Of a stretch of 64,000 nucleotides of DNA, positions 60,582-64,000 are shown one piece after another. The position numbers and the translations under genes are program-made. The stretch is taken from assembly GCF_009914755.1 (NCBI RefSeq), contig NC_060927.1, one strand, 5' to 3'. The stretch comes from the human T2T-CHM13v2.0 reference genome, Homo sapiens. The notes under the pieces were generated by a model. That model saw nothing but the letters and a program-made list of their open reading frames with translations, made no database searches and was not told where the DNA came from. Each line of letters starts with the position of its first letter. Position 1 is the first letter of the stretch.

Positions 60582-61179
60582 TTCTCTAAACACTACTGAG
60601 AAAAAAAAATATTAAACAGAAAACTTAAACAATGAGAAAGTACCAAAAGGCTGAGTTTGCCTGGCTTAGATGTGTTGGGACGAACCTTTGTTAAACAACG
60701 TATCACATGAACCATAAGAGCAGATGATTTCTCAGAGGAGAGAAAATATTTTGATCCATCCTCATTCTCTGCACCTGATTCCCAGATGCAGGGATGCACT
60801 GATAAATAAAAAGATACAGCTGTCACAAACTACAGTAGAATGGTCTTTTGATGAGTCAGTTCCCTGTCTGAATCAACAACTCTCTTCAGGAATTTTCATT
60901 CAGATTATCATTCCCTTCATGTAGTTCACCCAGGAGAAGAGGGAGATAGGCATCATATCCTGTCCAGTGGTGTGATAATATATTCAGGCATGATTACTTG
61001 CAAAAGAATAAAAAAACTAATTAGAAAAGTTCATATTTGGAAGGTAGATTAATACAGCATTTTATATTCTACATCGTTCCAAGATATACTAGGTGCATCT
61101 GCTTAGCTTACAGAACGCTAATCTCAGTCCACATAGCCTTTATTGAATTAATAGCCACCCTAGCTGATATTTATAGATT

Positions 61180-61390
61180 GCTGAAGATACACTAGACCCT
61201 GTGCTACATGTTCGATATGAAGTATCTCTTCTAACCCTCACAACCTCCATATAAACAGGGTACCATTATGGTTTCCCATTTTAAAAATTACGGAAGTGGT
61301 GTTAAAGAAGTTCAATATAATGTCAGTTTCACTCACCTAGGCAGAGCATGGACTGACCAGGCCATCTGACTTCAAAGGCATACTGCCTTT
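61180..61390 (-). mobile_element. MIR
   Basis: ccctcacaacctcc...cccattttaaaaattacggaag...catctgacttcaaagg. Confidence 0.65.
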
Positions 61391-62699
61391 GTGGTCCCAA
61401 ATGAGATGGGTATATCTATGGCCCTTCAAGTTTACCTGTGAAATAGGAACATTTACAGCAACCAAGTAATATTGATGGTCTCTAAAAATGTTCTACAAGT
61501 GTTGTGTATTGACAAATGCCAAGTCTGGGCACCGTTCTTTCTATTTATAGATCAGAGAAGCCATATTTTTATATTTACAAAATTGGTATAGGACATAGAC
61601 TATATTTGGTAGCCAAAGGGAAAGAGAATATTGTCTTTAATATTTCAAAAAAAGAACTTCTTTCAAAAAATGTTTTTCTATGTTACAGCCTTGAAATGTG
61701 TGTCTTCTAAAGAAAACATAAGGGCTTGGCCTCTGTGTCTAAAGTAGGGAACCATAAATAGGGGTTAGCAAAAACAAAGAAACAACAAACAAAAACCAAG
61801 AAAGACAGAGAGAGAAATGAATAAATGGATGTCCTAAATGTAATAGCATTGGTGTTCCCCAGCCTTATACCTTAAGAACCATTCAGGATTCTGTATTTCC
61901 AGTTTGAGAAGAGGTAAAGTAGACACTCTGAAATAAAGGTAGCACCTATTATAAATCTTTAGTTTTCCAAAAGCTAGGAAGAAAAACAACAGCCCTCAGT
62001 AATCAGCATGTTTCAGTGCTAATACAATGGACTATAATGATTCACCTAGGCTACCTCTACGCTTATAGAGTCAGCAAAATAGAAGAATAGGTTATTACCA
62101 CTTTAGTATACAGAAAACTAAATATATTGTATTGATATTTATTAAACTCATTATTATTATCCTGTAATAACAATCTAATATATCAATAATCTCAGAAGAA
62201 ATGGAAGTGAAGATTAAAATATGTAAACCCAGAAATATTTCATAAATAAAATTAAATAGTAAAATAATGTACAAAAGAAGTTATTACACAAACATATGAA
62301 GGTTAATCCTCAAAGTTATTTTTAAAAGTAATAAAAATTTGAACAAAATATAGTTGTCAAAATCTCTATAAAATAAGCAGTTGTATTAAAAGTATATTAT
62401 ACAGGGCTGGTAATGGTATGGAAGAATGACATACATATTTATGCACTTTAGGTAAGAGTGTTCAATTATGTGCTATTTTTGAAAAATGTTTTGTCATTAT
62501 ATTCAAGAACCTTAAATATATTCTTATGTTTTGACCCAGTAATTACCTTCTGTGAAATTAAATTAAACAGAATACTTCTAAATATATAAGATTAGTGCAA
62601 AAGTGTATTAATTGCTACAATATATGTAACAAATAATCTAGTTAAGCAATAATATGTATATGATTAAATAGAATATAAATAATTAATATTATCAGAAAA

Positions 62700-63150
62700 A
62701 CCAAGGTATATCAAATTTTAGTAAGTCCTAGACTGAACTTCTGATCTTCCCCCTAAAACCTGTTCTTCCTGAAGTTGATCTCAAATGAATTAACTAAGGC
62801 AAATCCAGACTTATCATTTCCTTAGGTCAGAAATCTTGTCCTTATCTTCGGCTGCTTCCAAATTCTACACCCAGTTTATCACCAACTGTGCCTAAACGCA
62901 CATTTAAAAATTATCTGAGTCCTCACTGCTTTCACTGTGGTCCAAGTGCCATCACCTCTTGCCTCGATTATTGAAGTTGTCTCCTATGTAGTTACCTTGC
63001 CCTTCAACCCTCTATAGTCTATTCTCTGCACAGCAGTCAGAGTGATCCTATTAAATGAGAAGTCAAATCACGCTACTCCTCAACTCATAACCTTCCAGAG
63101 GCTCCTTAATTCCCTATGAGTAAAAGTTAAAATCTTTATAACAGTCTACA
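62700..63150 (+). mobile_element. L2 fragment
   Basis: ctgaacttctgatcttccccc...gtccaagtgccatcacctc...cagcagtcagagtgatcc. Confidence 0.75.
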
Positions 63151-63154
63151 ACAA

Positions 63155-63975
63155 CGCTCTCCAATAGAAATATAAAGGTAGCCACAGTTTTTTATTTTAT
63201 GTATTTATGTGTTTATTTTTGTTTATTTTATTTTATTTTTTTTTGAGACAGAGTCTTGGTTTGCATCATCTCGGCTCACTGCAACCTCCACCTCTGGATT
63301 CAAACGATTCTCCTGCCCCAGCCTCCCAAGTAGCTGTAATATAGAAATACATTTTTTGAAAGAAGTTCTTTTTTGAAATATTAAAGACAATATTCTCTTT
63401 CCCTTTGGCTACCTTAAATATGGATTAACAAAAACAAACAAAAACCAAGAGAGACAGAGAGAGAAATGAATAAATGGATGTCCTAAATGTAATAGCATTG
63501 GTGTCCCTCAGCCTTATACCTCCCGAGTAGCTGGGATGACAGGCGCGAGCCACCACACCCAGCTAATTTTTGTATTTTTAGTAGAAATGGGTTTCACCAC
63601 GTTGTCCAGTCTGGTCTCGAACTCTTGACCCCAGGTGATCCACCTGCCTCGACCTCCCAAAGTGCTGGGATTACAGGTGTGAGCCACCGTGCCCAGCCAG
63701 TAGCCACAATTTTTTCTAGTAACCACTTAAAAAATAAAAAGGAGCAGATCAATTAATATTTAAATATATTATATTTTACCCAATAAATATATTATCATTT
63801 TGCTATATAATCCACATAAAAATGTATTAATGAGATAATTATTCTTTTCTCTATAGTAGGTAGTCTTCGAAAGTCAGTGTATATTTTTCATCTAATACGT
63901 ACCTCAATTTAGACAAGCACTCAAGAACTCACCAGCTAGCCAAAAGTGACTAGTGGCTACCACAGTGAAGCATAG
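63155..63975. mobile_element. MER33-like hAT-Charlie element interrupted by Alu
   Basis: tccaatagaaatata...gccaca | ...ctagtaaccac...tcttcgaaa...ctagtggctacc. Confidence 0.75.
63188..63698 (-). mobile_element. AluS carrying a 182-bp non-Alu templated insertion
   Basis: Alu pieces 63188-63336 and 63519-63698; TSD gtagccacaRttttt. Confidence 0.93.
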
Positions 63976-64000
63976 AACTCTAAAGTCCGATATGGCCTAC

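Noticed and set aside
60593-60960. Unique-looking sequence with a possible minus-strand acceptor and open frame
   Set aside because: No good GT donor or recognisable homology; insufficient support

Overview
Primate (human-like) nuclear DNA, AT-rich and dominated by interspersed repeats: Alu/FAM/FLAM, old and young L1, L2, MIR, hAT/Tigger MERs, and ERV1/ERVL/MaLR LTRs. There is no recognisable intact protein-coding gene. Nearly all ORFs in the track are Alu-, L1- or LTR-derived, or chance. The one gene-derived element is a processed PERP pseudogene (minus strand, 29325-31097) with a poly(A) remnant, a TSD and an unexpectedly CpG-rich 5' half. The most unusual structure is at 4.0-8.3 kb. A twin-primed L1 with an apparent 3' transduction hosts a solo LTR7 and a 1.37-kb HERV-H remnant. 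The remnant's two LTRs are inverted (both outer ends are U5) yet sit inside one 5-bp TSD. Other oddities are a two-segment templated insertion inside an Alu (63.3 kb), a 332-bp non-tandem direct duplication (25.8/27.8 kb), a 67-bp retroposed LTR R-region with poly(A) and TSD (9.5 kb), and small fold-back/inversion scars. I see no convincing new biological system. Repeat subfamily names come from recalled consensus sequences, and many boundaries are approximate.
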